In this document: piece after piece, positions 1-11,024 of the stretch
How positions within the stretch are numbered: the stretch's first letter is position 1
Layout of the letters: each line of letters starts with the position of its first letter
From: Emiliania huxleyi CCMP1516
Taxonomy: Eukaryota
Direction: 5' to 3'
DNA length: 61,787 nucleotides
Assembly: GCF_000372725.1 (NCBI RefSeq)
Contig: NW_005201732.1
Coordinates: 372,001-433,787 of the forward strand
The notes under the pieces: generated by a model
What the model saw: the letters and a program-made list of their open reading frames with translations, nothing else
What the model was told of the DNA's origin: nothing
Databases searched by the model: none
Translations under genes and position numbers: made by a program

Positions 1-563
1 CCGCCGCACGCCGGCGACACAGCTCCAGCTGTCGAGCTGACCCTCAGCTCCTCTCAGAGCGGGAACTGTGACAAAAGTTGACTGAGGCGGTTGTCAGGAA
101 TCATCATACGGATCACATGGTGGCTCTCTCATGACGGGAGACCGCCCGACCACTCCTGGGTGGCACTGCCACCGGTGTCGCTCGACGTCCTGTCGACAGC
201 GTGCCGACAGCGACACAGATCATGTGGGACGCGTCGAGTATCGACCTCTACTGCTTACCCAGCCTTCGAGTGTATCCTGGCTGTGGTCCCACACCCACTG
301 GTGTCCATCTCAGAGACCGCAGGAGGTCATGAGGGTCGATGGGAGTGCCAACCCCACAATGCCTAAAAACCCAGCCCAGTATATCTTCCCCATTTCCTTC
401 TCCCTCCAATGCATGGACTCCAAGGGGGGCCCCCCTCTGCCCTCTCCAAAAGGGAAACAACTCACAAGAAGCAAGATAGCGAAAAGGAGTGACCTATCTC
501 GGGACACATTACATCCTAGAAAATTGTGTCTCCCACTTCGCTGAGCGAGTGCGTCGTGCTGCA

Positions 564-3293
564 TCACGTCTGCTCACATCTCAATAGCAGCCCACGCAAC
601 CCGAGCCGCAACGCAACAGCTGGGTCGCTCGCGCGGAGCGCTCCAAACCAGACGCTCCACGCGGTCGCCTGCGGCAGCGACGGAGCCAGGCAAGCGGCGA
701 GCGACGGCACGGCACTGACGGCCGCATGCAACTCGGCCGCGTGTCGGCCGCCGCGCTGCGCCATCGGGCGGAGAGCGCGGGCGAGGGCGAGGGCGTCGCC
801 ATCGCTCATCGACGCGCCGCCGCACGCAAGTGGCTGCCGCACGACGCGGGCGGCGAGGGTCGCGTCGGCCTCGTCGTCCATTGGCGGAGAAAGGAGGCGG
901 CAGACGGAGGCGGCGAGCGCGTGCGGGCTGCGCGGGTCGGAGCAGAGGAGCAGCAGCCTACGGTGTGGCCGAGCCGCGGCTGGGAGGCGGCAGCCGCGGG
1001 AGGAGACGAGGCGCGGAGCTCGGCGCGCCGGTTCTGAACCGCACGCGCCTCGCGGCTGCGCGGCGGCGCGAGCCGGTCGAGCGAGTCGGCCGACGCCTCC
1101 GCGAGCGGCGAGAGGAGGGCAGTGCGCAGAGCCGCGGCGAGGAGGGCGGCGGGAGGCAGCCGCTCTCCGCGCGGCGCTGGCTCCCACCGCCTCCACGCCT
1201 CCTCGGCGGCGGTGCGCAGCCACACGGGGCGCGCGGCGTGGTGGATGGCGTAAGCGTGGTTGCGGCCCGAGGAGAGGACGAGGGTGAGCTTGAGGTCGCC
1301 TGGTCCTCGCCGTGGACTGTGAGTAGAACCACTCGGTGAGGAGAGGCCGAGCCGCAGCTACAGGGGGCTGCCTCCCTCGAGCAGCAGCAGCCGGTCGTCC
1401 TGCCCCACCTGCGGCCGGTGCCACCGACGCGTCACGGACGTGTCCTCGACGTGCCCAGCAGCCGGTGCGTCCTGCGCGACCTCTCTGCGCAAGCACAGCG
1501 GCCGGTCGGGCTCCAGCTCACGCCAGAGCGACTGCAGCGCGCCGGCGGTCGGCGTGCTCACGCCGAGCAAGGCCCCAGCAGCCGCAAGGATGTTGCCGCC
1601 ATCGGGCCGCATCTCGTATCGCAGCCGCGGCGGCGCGGCGCGGTCCCGCTGCCCCGGCAGAGGAGGAGGCAGTGGCGGGGGCGGCGGGCCCGGCGGCGAG
1701 GAGGATCGGGCGGCCGGCAGAGCCTCGTCGAAGTAGGCGACGCCGGGCAAACCGCTCACCAGCCTCATCCACTCCCTCGCCGCGGCGGGCGAGTGCGCGC
1801 CGCCGCCTTGCGAGTAGAACGCGACGAGGCCGGCGCTCGCGCTGGCAGGGAGCCGGAACGGGTCAAAGTCCTGCGCCTCGGCCGACCAGAGCAGAGCATT
1901 GAGCAGCTCGCGCAGCACGAGCTCGGCGCAGTCAGGCACCTGCGCACAGCGCGCTCGGCCGTGAGAACAGCGCGCGACGCACCGCCGAAACGCGAGAGCT
2001 GGCAGCCGAGCACCGGCGGCGCACCCTCGCACGGGCTCACCCGCTCCTCCTGCAAGGGAGGGCACCGCCAGCCGCTCTGCGCCACCGCGGCCGCCGCAAC
2101 CTCGAACGCTTCGGCGAGCGCCACGTCGCCGCCGCCGCCTCCGCCGCCGCCGTCTCGTCCTCCGCCGCCGCCGTCTCGTCCTCCGCCGCCGCCCTGTCCT
2201 CCGCCGCCCTCTAGCAGGACGGCGATCGAGGCGCGGAGGGCGGAGGGGGGGTCGAGCTTCGAGGCAGGAGGCCGCTCCGCCCAGCCAGCCGGCGGAGGCG
2301 CGTCCTCCGACGCGAGCGCCTCTGCCCAGCCCGGGCTACGGAGGGCAGCCTGCGGGGCACGTCGTGGACCGGGTGTCGCTCACGTGCCCTGGACACAGGG
2401 GGGGGGGGGGGGAGGAGGAGGAGGGCGTCGGAGGGCGGCCTCGGTGAGCGCCGCGCCGTAGCGGCCGTGCAGCACGCGGAAGAACGGCCACAGCGCCGGC
2501 TTGCCGCGGGCGGCGGCGCGCTGCCACAGCAGCCGCAGCATAAGCAGTGAGCCCCGCCGCGGCAGGCCCTCGGCGGGGCCATGTCTGCACGCCGACCCGT
2601 CGGCGTCCGCGTCGCGCACCTCGGAGAAGCGGGAGGCATATTCTCAGACGTAATGCAGCTCATCCTCGGCGGCGTGGGTCAATCGGGCCGTCTCTCTGCA
2701 GTTGTGCGCTGCAGGCATTCACTTTGAGGCGAGGCAAGGCAATGTCCGCGTCTCGCACCGCCTCGACGAGCCGCTCGAAACGCGCGATGGTGACGCCGGT
2801 CTCGCGCGCCAGCGCCGGCAGCGCCAGCCCTGTGTCGGAGCACACCGCAGACTTGAGCGCCGAGTGCGTCGCCGCGTCGGCGCCGCCGCCTGCGTCGGCG
2901 AGCGCCTGCGGGAACGTATGTCGTGGACTCTCACCGGCGTGTCCTAGACGTGTCGAGCCGCCGCCCTCGCAGTGTGAGCGCCAGGACGTGCGCCACGAGC
3001 GACGGCGAGAGGTGCGCCGCGGGAAGCGACCGATTCGTGGTCGGTCGAAGCGGCTCGTCCGGCTGTACTCGGTGGAAGAGCGCCCGGGCGAGCCGGCAAC
3101 TCGGTGTGCCGCGCCACTTGGAGCCGTCGGCGAGCACCGCTCCGTCCGACGGAGCGTGCGGCTCCAATCCGTAGAGCCGCGAGACGAACGGGCTGCCGCC
3201 GGACAGCAGCGCGAGGCCGAACGCAGGCGAGAGGTGCCAGCGGTCCGGGCGAAGGACCGACAGCGTCCCGATGGCGTCGCACGGACGCAGCAT
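564..3293 (-). CDS. Hypothetical multi-exon protein with conserved-looking core PDCAE-x4-ELLNALLW...W-x2-LVSGLPGVAY...YEMRP-x3-NIL; exon structure uncertain
   Basis: Protein-like blocks in several minus frames (2931-3293, 2660-2845, 2380-2619, 1358-2065, 564-1496), separated by low-complexity intron-like stretches. Confidence 0.45.
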
Positions 3294-3693
3294 TTCCGCT
3301 GCTCCGGCGGGTTGTGAGTAAGCGAAGTCTGTACCGTTAGTGTTGATTGCAGGAGGTTAGGCTGGAGGTGGCACCACTTCCGCCTCGCTCCAGCGCCTCG
3401 CAGGCACCGCGACTGCTCATTTTTCTTTTATCTGGCTTAGGGAGGATTTGGGGGTTAAAATTAATTTTTGGAGGCTGTGGCGGACCACTGCCTTCCTTTG
3501 CTTTCGTCCCCGCGTTTCGCCGCGCTCGGCGCTTGTCTTGTCCCTACGTAAGAAGTTCGGTCTAAGCGTCTAACCCTGCTCCCTCCGCCTCCCTCCTTCC
3601 TCCCTTCTCTTCTGTCCTCTCTCTACATCGCTGTAAACCAGATGCTTTTTCTTTTCGGACGTGGAAAATTCTTTTCGCCTGTTTTGTTTGTTT

Positions 3694-4437
3694 TGAGAGA
3701 GATTTTTGAAGACCAACAAGAAATCACGACCCACACAGTGATTTGGGCTCGGCAGCTTGTTAGCCCTCAGCCGAAGCTGGGGCCGGTCCCGTAGCCGAGA
3801 GAGCCCGCGCCGATGAGTTCGACGCGGTCGGGGGGGCCTGCGGAGAGGCCAGCGAGATGGCGATCGGGTACCTTCATGGCGCCCTCAAAGTGGGGCTGGC
3901 TGACTCGCCAGAGGTCGATACTCTGGACGACCCATAGGATGCCACGAATGCCTGAAGGAGAGGGAGGCGAGGCCAGAGGCAGGCTCAGCTGCTCTCGGGT
4001 GATCCCGCTTTGGTGGCTGAAGGACCCGATGGTCCTGTCACATTCGCGTTCCGAGTCGTGGGGGTAGAAGAATTCGAGGTAGAATCGAGTCAGCGCTTCC
4101 TTGTAGTACAGCGGACCGCCAGGCTCGCCGGCAGCATCCGCAGGGAGGCAGCATATGAGGCACCAGTTTTCTGGAGAGCTCAACAACTACGGCCGCGATG
4201 GCGGAGTCGGCCGCAGTTCGAGCGAGCAGTTTTTGGCTGTGGGATCGAATCGCGGAAGGCTCATGCCCTCGCGGAGCAACGCGGGTCGCGCGCGGCGCGC
4301 GCGTGTGCGAAATGCGACAAAAGACGAAAGACGACAGGCGCCTGAGCGCTGAGCGACTGAACGACCGTCGCCGCAATCAACACCGCTGCCATTTTGACGA
4401 GCAGCGCGAGCGCGCTCGTCGGCGGCCAGCCGTCGCG
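3694..4437 (+). repeat. Dispersed repeat family A, copy 1 (~745 bp)
   Basis: Close match to 18355-19113; the 5' part also occurs inverted at 49511-49725. Confidence 0.9.
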
Positions 4438-4504
4438 CTACTCCATTTTTTATTCTTTCGCCCTCACCCCCCGGGGGACCTTCCTGGACTCGGCCGTCAA
4501 CACC

Positions 4505-5198
4505 ATGCCATCGTGCGCGCCTCCATCCCTCCGCGGCGGAGGAAAGGCGCGCCCGGGCTCACCGCCCTCCGTCCACCACAACCTGCAGGCGCGGCGAGAT
4601 GCGCGGGGACGACCACAACACGCCGAACATTGTGTTCGGCAAGGCGCCGAATGCTGGGAAAAAGCCGGGCGGCGGCGGCGGCGGCGGCGGCGGTACGCAG
4701 ACGGGGACGGGGATGAGCGCCGCGAAGCTGGATGCGGAGACCGAGGAGCTGAAGCGTGCGCGCCGCGCCCCGCGCGAGCCCCGTCCGCTGCTGCGGCGCA
4801 CCCCTGCAGCGCCGACCTCCCGCCTGCCGCCCGCGAGCAGATAAGACGGTGTCCAAGGATCTGCGGCTGGCCATCTCGAAGGCGCGCCCGCGCCTCCGGG
4901 GCGCGCCGTTCCGCCGCTGCCGCACTCACCTCCGGCTTCGATCCCCTCCCGCCCAGGCGCGGACCGCCAAGGGACTGACGCAAAAGCAGCTCGCGACTCA
5001 ACTCAACATGCAGCCGCAGGCGGGAACCGCCCGCCGACGCTCGCATGCCTCCGCCGCCGCGCCCCCAACACGTCCGCCCGCCCCGGTCGACAGGTCATCA
5101 ACGAGTACGAGAGCGGCAAGGCGATCCCCAACAATGCCATCATCGCAAAGATTGAGAGGGCGCTAGGGGCAAAGCTGCCGCGAGCTCCCAAGAAGTGA
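4505..5198 (+). CDS. MBF1: Multiprotein bridging factor 1 (HTH coactivator), 5 exons
   Basis: Removing introns 4513-4588, 4756-4840, 4882-4956 (GC-AG) and 5020-5093 (GC-AG) gives MPSRGEMRGDD...AAKLDAETEELKHKTVSKDLRLAISKARTAKGLTQKQLATQLNMQPQVINEYESGKAIPNNAIIAKIERALGAKLPRAPKK*, a typical MBF1 sequence. Confidence 0.95.
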
Positions 5199-5817
5199 GC
5201 TCTTGATTGGGTGGGGGGTAGTGTCGACGCGATCGGTCTCGCGCCGGCGGGGTGCACGCTAGCCCTAATCTTAGCTACAATGTGTGGTCCGGGGTACAGC
5301 AGGCCGTCGAGAGTGTGCGTTTGCGTTGCGCACACGGACACCGGACACGCGCGGCGCGGCCCGCGCGCAGGCTGGACAGATAATGTATCTTGGCGCTCAC
5401 ATGCCCTTACCGTATTTTTATTCTTAATACCAAGGTCTGTGAAACCCCCAGGGCCGGCGCGCCGGCCCGCCGCTCCCGCGCGCAGGGGGGGCAGTTGTGT
5501 GAGTTGAACGACGCGACCCAATGCCGCTGTCCTCGCCCGGGGAGCGCCTCGGCCGGGCGGTCGACGCCCTCGGAATCGGTGGAGCCGGGAGAAGCTGGCG
5601 AGGACGAAGGACGGCCGCGGAGGAGCGACACCAACAACGAGGGAAACGACCACACCGGCCGTCGCATGACGCTCGGGAGACGAGCAAGAGAGCGAATCAA
5701 GGAGGGTCGGAACCCTGGGAAGACGGGGGGTGAGCCCTCAGGCGGGGGGGTCTACTCAAGTGCCTGCGCCAGTGAGTGCGGAGTGGTGGTGTGGGGTGTG
5801 CAGTGTGGTGTTCACAT

Positions 5818-6020
5818 TAGCTCCGAGTAGAGGGGGCGTCCTGCAGTTAAGGGGAAACCCGGTACGCGGGGCCAACCCTCGGAGAACCGTGTTTACTTTA
5901 CGGCCCTTTCCCTGCGAACGGGCGCACCCCCCAGCGCCCAGCCCCCCAGGGCTAGGGCTCTCTTGCCCGCAACCCGATGCCGATCATCCGGCCCGCTGGG
6001 TGCGCTTCTTAGCTCCCCCG
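5818..6020 (+). repeat. Dispersed repeat family B copy
   Basis: Matches 26941-27140 (tagctccgagtagagggggcg...ccggcccgctgggtgcgcttc); related pieces at 19407-19510 (inverted) and 24322-24380. Confidence 0.85.
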
Positions 6021-8126
6021 TGAGTGTCGCAGTGAGGCCCGTGGCGGAAGCACACTACACACGCCCCTTCTCCGGAGGCTCCGCCGCCGCCCTCGCGGCT
6101 CCACGTGCGCAGACAGACCCGGACCCTCAGCTCAAACCGCCTCGGCGCGCCCCCCTGAGCACCACGGCCGGTCCTGCCGCCGCCCTCCTTGCCGCCCTCC
6201 TCGCCGCCGCCGCCCTCGCCGCCCTCCTCGCCGCCGGGCACGGCGCGCCTCACCGCCCACAGGCGCAGCACCGCCCTCGCCCCAGAGCGCAGCGGGTCCT
6301 CCCGGAGGGAGGCGCAGGCACAGCACGCGCAGAGGTCCGAGCCCGCCCGCGCTGCCCCCTCCTCGGCCGAGCCCTCCTCCCCGCCCCGCGCCGCCCCTCC
6401 GACGTGCGCCCGCCGCTGCCGCTGCGGCGGCGCGATCGGGCAGGGCCGCGCAGGCGCAAACTTGTCGAGCGCGCGGCTGTCTCTTCCGTCGAGGTGGGAG
6501 ACCATCACGCGCTCGTCGCCGTCGTCGAGGACCCACGTGCCGTAGCGGCCGTGGGCAGACAGACCGCGAGTGCGGATCTCTGCGAGCTGCGCCTGGCCGA
6601 GCGAGTCCTCGGTAAAGTCGCCTGCAGAGAGAAGGGGCCGCGGTGAGGCGGCACGGGAGGGGGAGGGGGGGAGGGGGGGGGGGAAGGCGGTGAGGCAGCA
6701 CAGGGGGGCGGTGGGGAAGGGGCGGGGAGACCGTCCACTCACCTCGCCGCAGCCGGTGCCTCCGCATCAGCGCGAGGTACGCGTGCGTGGCCGCAAAGTG
6801 CGTCGAGTCGAGAAAGGCGAGCAAGGGGAGGAAGCGCAGACCGTGCGCGGCGACGTCGGAGCCGTCGAGCGGGATGGCGTACTTGGCGTAGGTTTGCCTG
6901 CCGGGAGGGGCGCGAGAAGGGTGCGCGAGAGAAGGGCCCTGCGCGGCTGCGCACTGTGCCGCGCAGGGGCGCCTCTCGTACTGCAGCGTCCGGCCGGTGG
7001 GTAGCGAGACATGCTCGAGGCGCGGGAGGGAAGCCATCGCCTAGAGGGGAGGGGGGCGGTGAGGGGAGGGGGGCGGGGCGGGGCGGTGACGGGAGGGCGG
7101 CGGGGGCGGTGAGGTCGGTGGGGGCAGGCGGCGTGGGTGGCGGTGCGGGGCGGGCGTTCTTTTGCCTCGAGGAGCGGCCCGATGGGGACGTCCCTCATCA
7201 GCGGCCGATCGTGCTGCACCACCAGCACGAAAGGGGTCTGCACCGCGCGCAGCGCGCGGCAGACGGACCAGCTGAAGCCCTGGTGCCGCGGCTGCTCGAG
7301 CAGCTCTGCGGTGCGGTACGGGGCTGCGCCCGCGGAGATGACGGCGCGCAACGCCTGCTTGTGCGACTCGTACGCCGCGGCCACGTCGGAGGGGACGCGG
7401 CCGCGCTTGTACGCGCTCTCGCCCCGCACCTCGACGTAGCCGTCCGCCACGAGGAGCAGCCTGCTCCCAAGATGACGCTGCTCTCAAGGCTGAGCACCTC
7501 AGCCGCACCCTCTCTCTCCGCCGCCGCCAAGGGACGCGGCTCGAACGCCTGCAGCTGGCGGCGCCGGCGCAATGCCGGTGCACCGAGCGGACAATCTCGT
7601 CGAGCAGGCGGCTGCACGGGTGGCGCGGCAGCGGAGAGGTGGTGACAATCACGGTGAGAAGCTCCGGCAGCGGCGCCGCGCAGCGAACGGCGTGCAGCGG
7701 CGCCGGAGGAGTCGCCGCCTCGGAGCCGTCAGTCGCGGCGTCGGAGGCAGCGCCGTCACCGTTGGCGCCGCCGCCGCCGTCGCAGTCCGACTCGAGCAGC
7801 GCGGCCGCCCTCTCCGCCTCTGCGAGGAACCGAGCCGCCTTCGCCGCTTTGGCTTCTCGACGACGCCTGTCTGCGAGAGCCGCGGCCTCGCCGTCTGACA
7901 GTAGTGACCCCTTCGGGTCATAGCCAGAGTGTCTCGCGAGCCGCGCTGCGGCCTGGGCGTCCTCGCGAGACCGAAGCTCCCGCTGCGCGGCGGCGACGCG
8001 CTTGTCGCGCTCGTGGATGGCCCGCGTCGCGTTTGAGATGGCCTGCGCCCTAGTTTGGAACTTGTTGAGCCTGCTGATCCGGCCGCCGCTCTGCGTCTTG
8101 TTGGTCGCGTCGACGCCGCGAACCAT
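5984..8126 (-). CDS. Glycosyltransferase-like (GT-A fold) protein with coiled-coil N-terminus, multi-exon
   Basis: LTVIVTTSP..HP, LLVADG, TPFVLVVQHD (DxD-equivalent), FLDSTH, GDFTED and VSHLDGR blocks across successive minus frames; 3' end approximate. Confidence 0.65.
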
Positions 8127-8544
8127 CGCGGACGATCCATGAAATATGAATAGTCACGTCTCACGGACTCACGGTACTCATGAGTATGAATACCTACCTA
8201 CCTATGAATAAATGTATTCATGTACAAGTGCGTGAGCCTGCCAAACGATAGAGAGCGCGCCAACCGATACACGCGTGCACATACGAGGCGACTGCGAAGA
8301 GAGGGAGGGGGAGGGGGGTGGGGACGGTGAGGGGGAGTGGGACAGTGAGTGAGTCGGAAGGGGGGGTAGGTGACGAAGAGGCTTGGGCTTGTGACGAGGA
8401 GTAGATTTTCGACACATGTGCAAGCTCCCTGGGACCTGATGAAAGATGTTTATGAGCTAGATCTGCCCAGACATGCTTCCCATGTTTAACTTCTTTTTAT
8501 TTAACTTGCATGTCTTCCCGCGAATTTAACTACTAAGCAGCAGA

Positions 8545-8770
8545 GTCTCCTACGGGAATGTACGTAAGAGCTACATACACTGAGAGAGAGACTCACACCA
8601 CGCGGAACGCATCTCCATCGCTTCGGTGAAGGGGGTGAACCGTGCCATCCTCGATCGCCGTGCTAAGCTCGCTTCCGAGCTCTCACGCCGCGCGTAGGGC
8701 CCCTAGGGGCCTAGAGAACACAACCCCATCTCTCTTTTCTCCCAGTAAGCTAAAAAGTACGTACACTGAA
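8545..8770 (+). repeat. Dispersed repeat family C copy
   Basis: gggaatgtacgtaagagctacatacactgagagag and ttctcccagtaagctaaaa recur contiguously at 55348-55415; here they are about 150 bp apart. Confidence 0.75.
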
Positions 8771-8799
8771 AAAGTGGAAGCTGCCAGCTTCCACTTTTT
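8769..8799. other. Perfect hairpin/palindrome
   Basis: aaaaagtggaagctg-c-cagcttccacttttt (15-bp arms). Confidence 0.9.
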
Positions 8800-11024
8800 A
8801 GTATTTAAAAACGCACCGGTGAGTTTGTTGGCCGCGTGATTTTACAAGTCTTTGTTGTTGGATTCGACGGTTGGCAGCGAAAGCTCACCCATGATGGCGC
8901 AGCCTCGCAGCTGATGGGCAAACTTGCGGTCAGATGGCCCTTCCAGTCACATAGCATCTCCCAAAATCGATTGGCATTGGCGTCGTTCCACTGCAACTCC
9001 ACTGCAACTGCACAGTCGCCGCAACGCTACGACAGGCACACACAAACAAGTTCTCGCGTGGTCCCGCCGGCAAAGGTGGAGCACCAGCACTGACTTACCA
9101 TGCCTGTGGATGCAAGAACAGGTGGTGACGCGCTCAGCCATCAGTGCATGGCGCGTGCTGGGCCGCAGCAGCGGGCATGTCACGCTCCGGCTCGGTGCGG
9201 GGCCCATGTCCGTGTGGTGTGTGCGCTCGGCCCCTCGAAGGCGACTACGGGCAGTCTTCTTCTCCATGGTGTTTCGGCTGTGTGTGATGCCGTGAGGTGC
9301 ACAAGTACCGACCTGCCCGAGCGCACTCTCTGTCGTGGCTGCACTGTGTCACCCTTGTAGAGTCTACACACCGTGTAGAGAGCGCGTGTATCGGTCGACG
9401 CCGCATTACGTGTAAGTTTTTTTTGAGCTTAGCCTTCGGTGTTATGAAACAACGCAAGGCGGACATGGCATATCGCTCTCGGGCCCACAGACATCCCGCA
9501 CACTCGCCGCACACCCGCCGCCCCCGCGCGCGCCCCGCCCCGGCCGGGAGAAAGGGGAGTGACAGTTTGGGATGGCAACAGCCCGAGTATGTTGAGTCCT
9601 GGCTCAACAACGCAGATAACAAGAGGGGGTGGTCCGGCTCCCAAGTCCGGCTCACGCGCCTCGAGCTGACCCTCTACCGCACTGGTCACTTCCGCCCCCT
9701 CGCTCCCAACCCATCCACCTCGCCCCGGGCCGCGCCGCGCAATCTCGGGCGATCTCGCGCTATCTCGGGCGATCTCGGGGCCGCGCCGCGCTATCTCGGG
9801 CGATCTCGGAGCGTCGCTCGCGCGGCGTCACACCTGCTCAAAAAGGAAGGAGGTTGGAGGCAGGAGGTCACGCCCCATCCAGAGCGCCGTCGTCTCCTCT
9901 ACCCCTCGACAGCAGCTCGACACCCTCGACACCGGGCCTCGACACCTCGACACCAGGGCTCAGGCCAGGCCGTGCGTGTGGGCCGGTCGGGCTCGGTCCT
10001 GTGGCGGGCGACCGGGCGCCGCACGGCTGGACCCGTCGGCCGAATGGCGCCGCCGAGCGGCCGGGGGCTTCGGGTTGGGCCCGCCAGCCGGCCGGGCGCC
10101 AGCTGGCATGGTCGGCCGGGCCCCCGGGAGGCAGGGGCGGGCTCGGCGGGAGGGTCGCCAAATCGACCAAATCGAAGTGGGGTGCCGCGGTTTTCGTGGC
10201 TACTTTTTATGATAGGGACGGCCGCCTCGAGCCGCCGCACCGTCGTGCAAATCGTGCCCGAGCCGTCCACAAGGTCGCCGGCACATTTGACAATGTGCCC
10301 GGAGCGCAGGGAGTCGAATGGGTGCCGCACTGCAAGCGAGCACTGCACTGCAGTGCTCGCTCGCACTGCGGCGCTGCGCCACGGCGGCGAAGCACGTCTG
10401 GACTTCAAGAACAGCGCTTCTCCGCTGCTCGAGGCTTGCGGCAAGGTCCAGGCCGACCACACGGAGCACTCGAGGCAGCTGGCGTGGCCTCACTCATGAC
10501 CTGTGCTACCCGTCGGCGGGGCCAGCTGCGGTTTCACAAACAACGCGCCTGAGCTGGCTATGGATGCCACCAGGATGCACGGCTAGCAGGAGCCAGTCAG
10601 GCATGCCCTGTTGTGGAGCAGAGCCTGCTGGCGCACCGGCGATACTAACTCAGCGCGCCGCGAGAGGCGAATCTGGGCGACTTTGGACGCGCAGTTCTTT
10701 CTCGAGGTTGCCGTCGACGATTGATGTCGGGTAACTTGTCGCTGCCGTCCGGGAAGGTCTTCTCTCAGCAGGCCGAGCGCCGTGGCATCGCGCTGCTCGC
10801 AGCGCTGTCGCGGCGCCGAGAACCCCCAAGACTCGCGAGCCTCGATACTAACGCGAAAGACTACACCATGAGTACTCGAGTAGACTGGAAGTCGGTTCGT
10901 TTGCGTCGTGCACGGTCGGTTCGCCTGACACCAAGCTGCTTCGGCTGGCGACAGTAGCAAAGCACCGTCGCCGTACTTGCGCTCGTTGTCCTCTCACACA
11001 GTCCTCTTCTCCTCCTCCTCCTCC

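Noticed and set aside
1..545. Less GC-rich stretch as an LTR or gene
   Set aside because: No second copy in the window and no recognisable protein motif
3767..4186. ORFs inside repeat family A as genes
   Set aside because: Starts and lengths differ between copies and no family was recognised; treated as repeat sequence
9297..10552. 400-aa and 307-aa ORFs
   Set aside because: Low-complexity Arg/Gly/Pro content over short repeats; no recognisable domain
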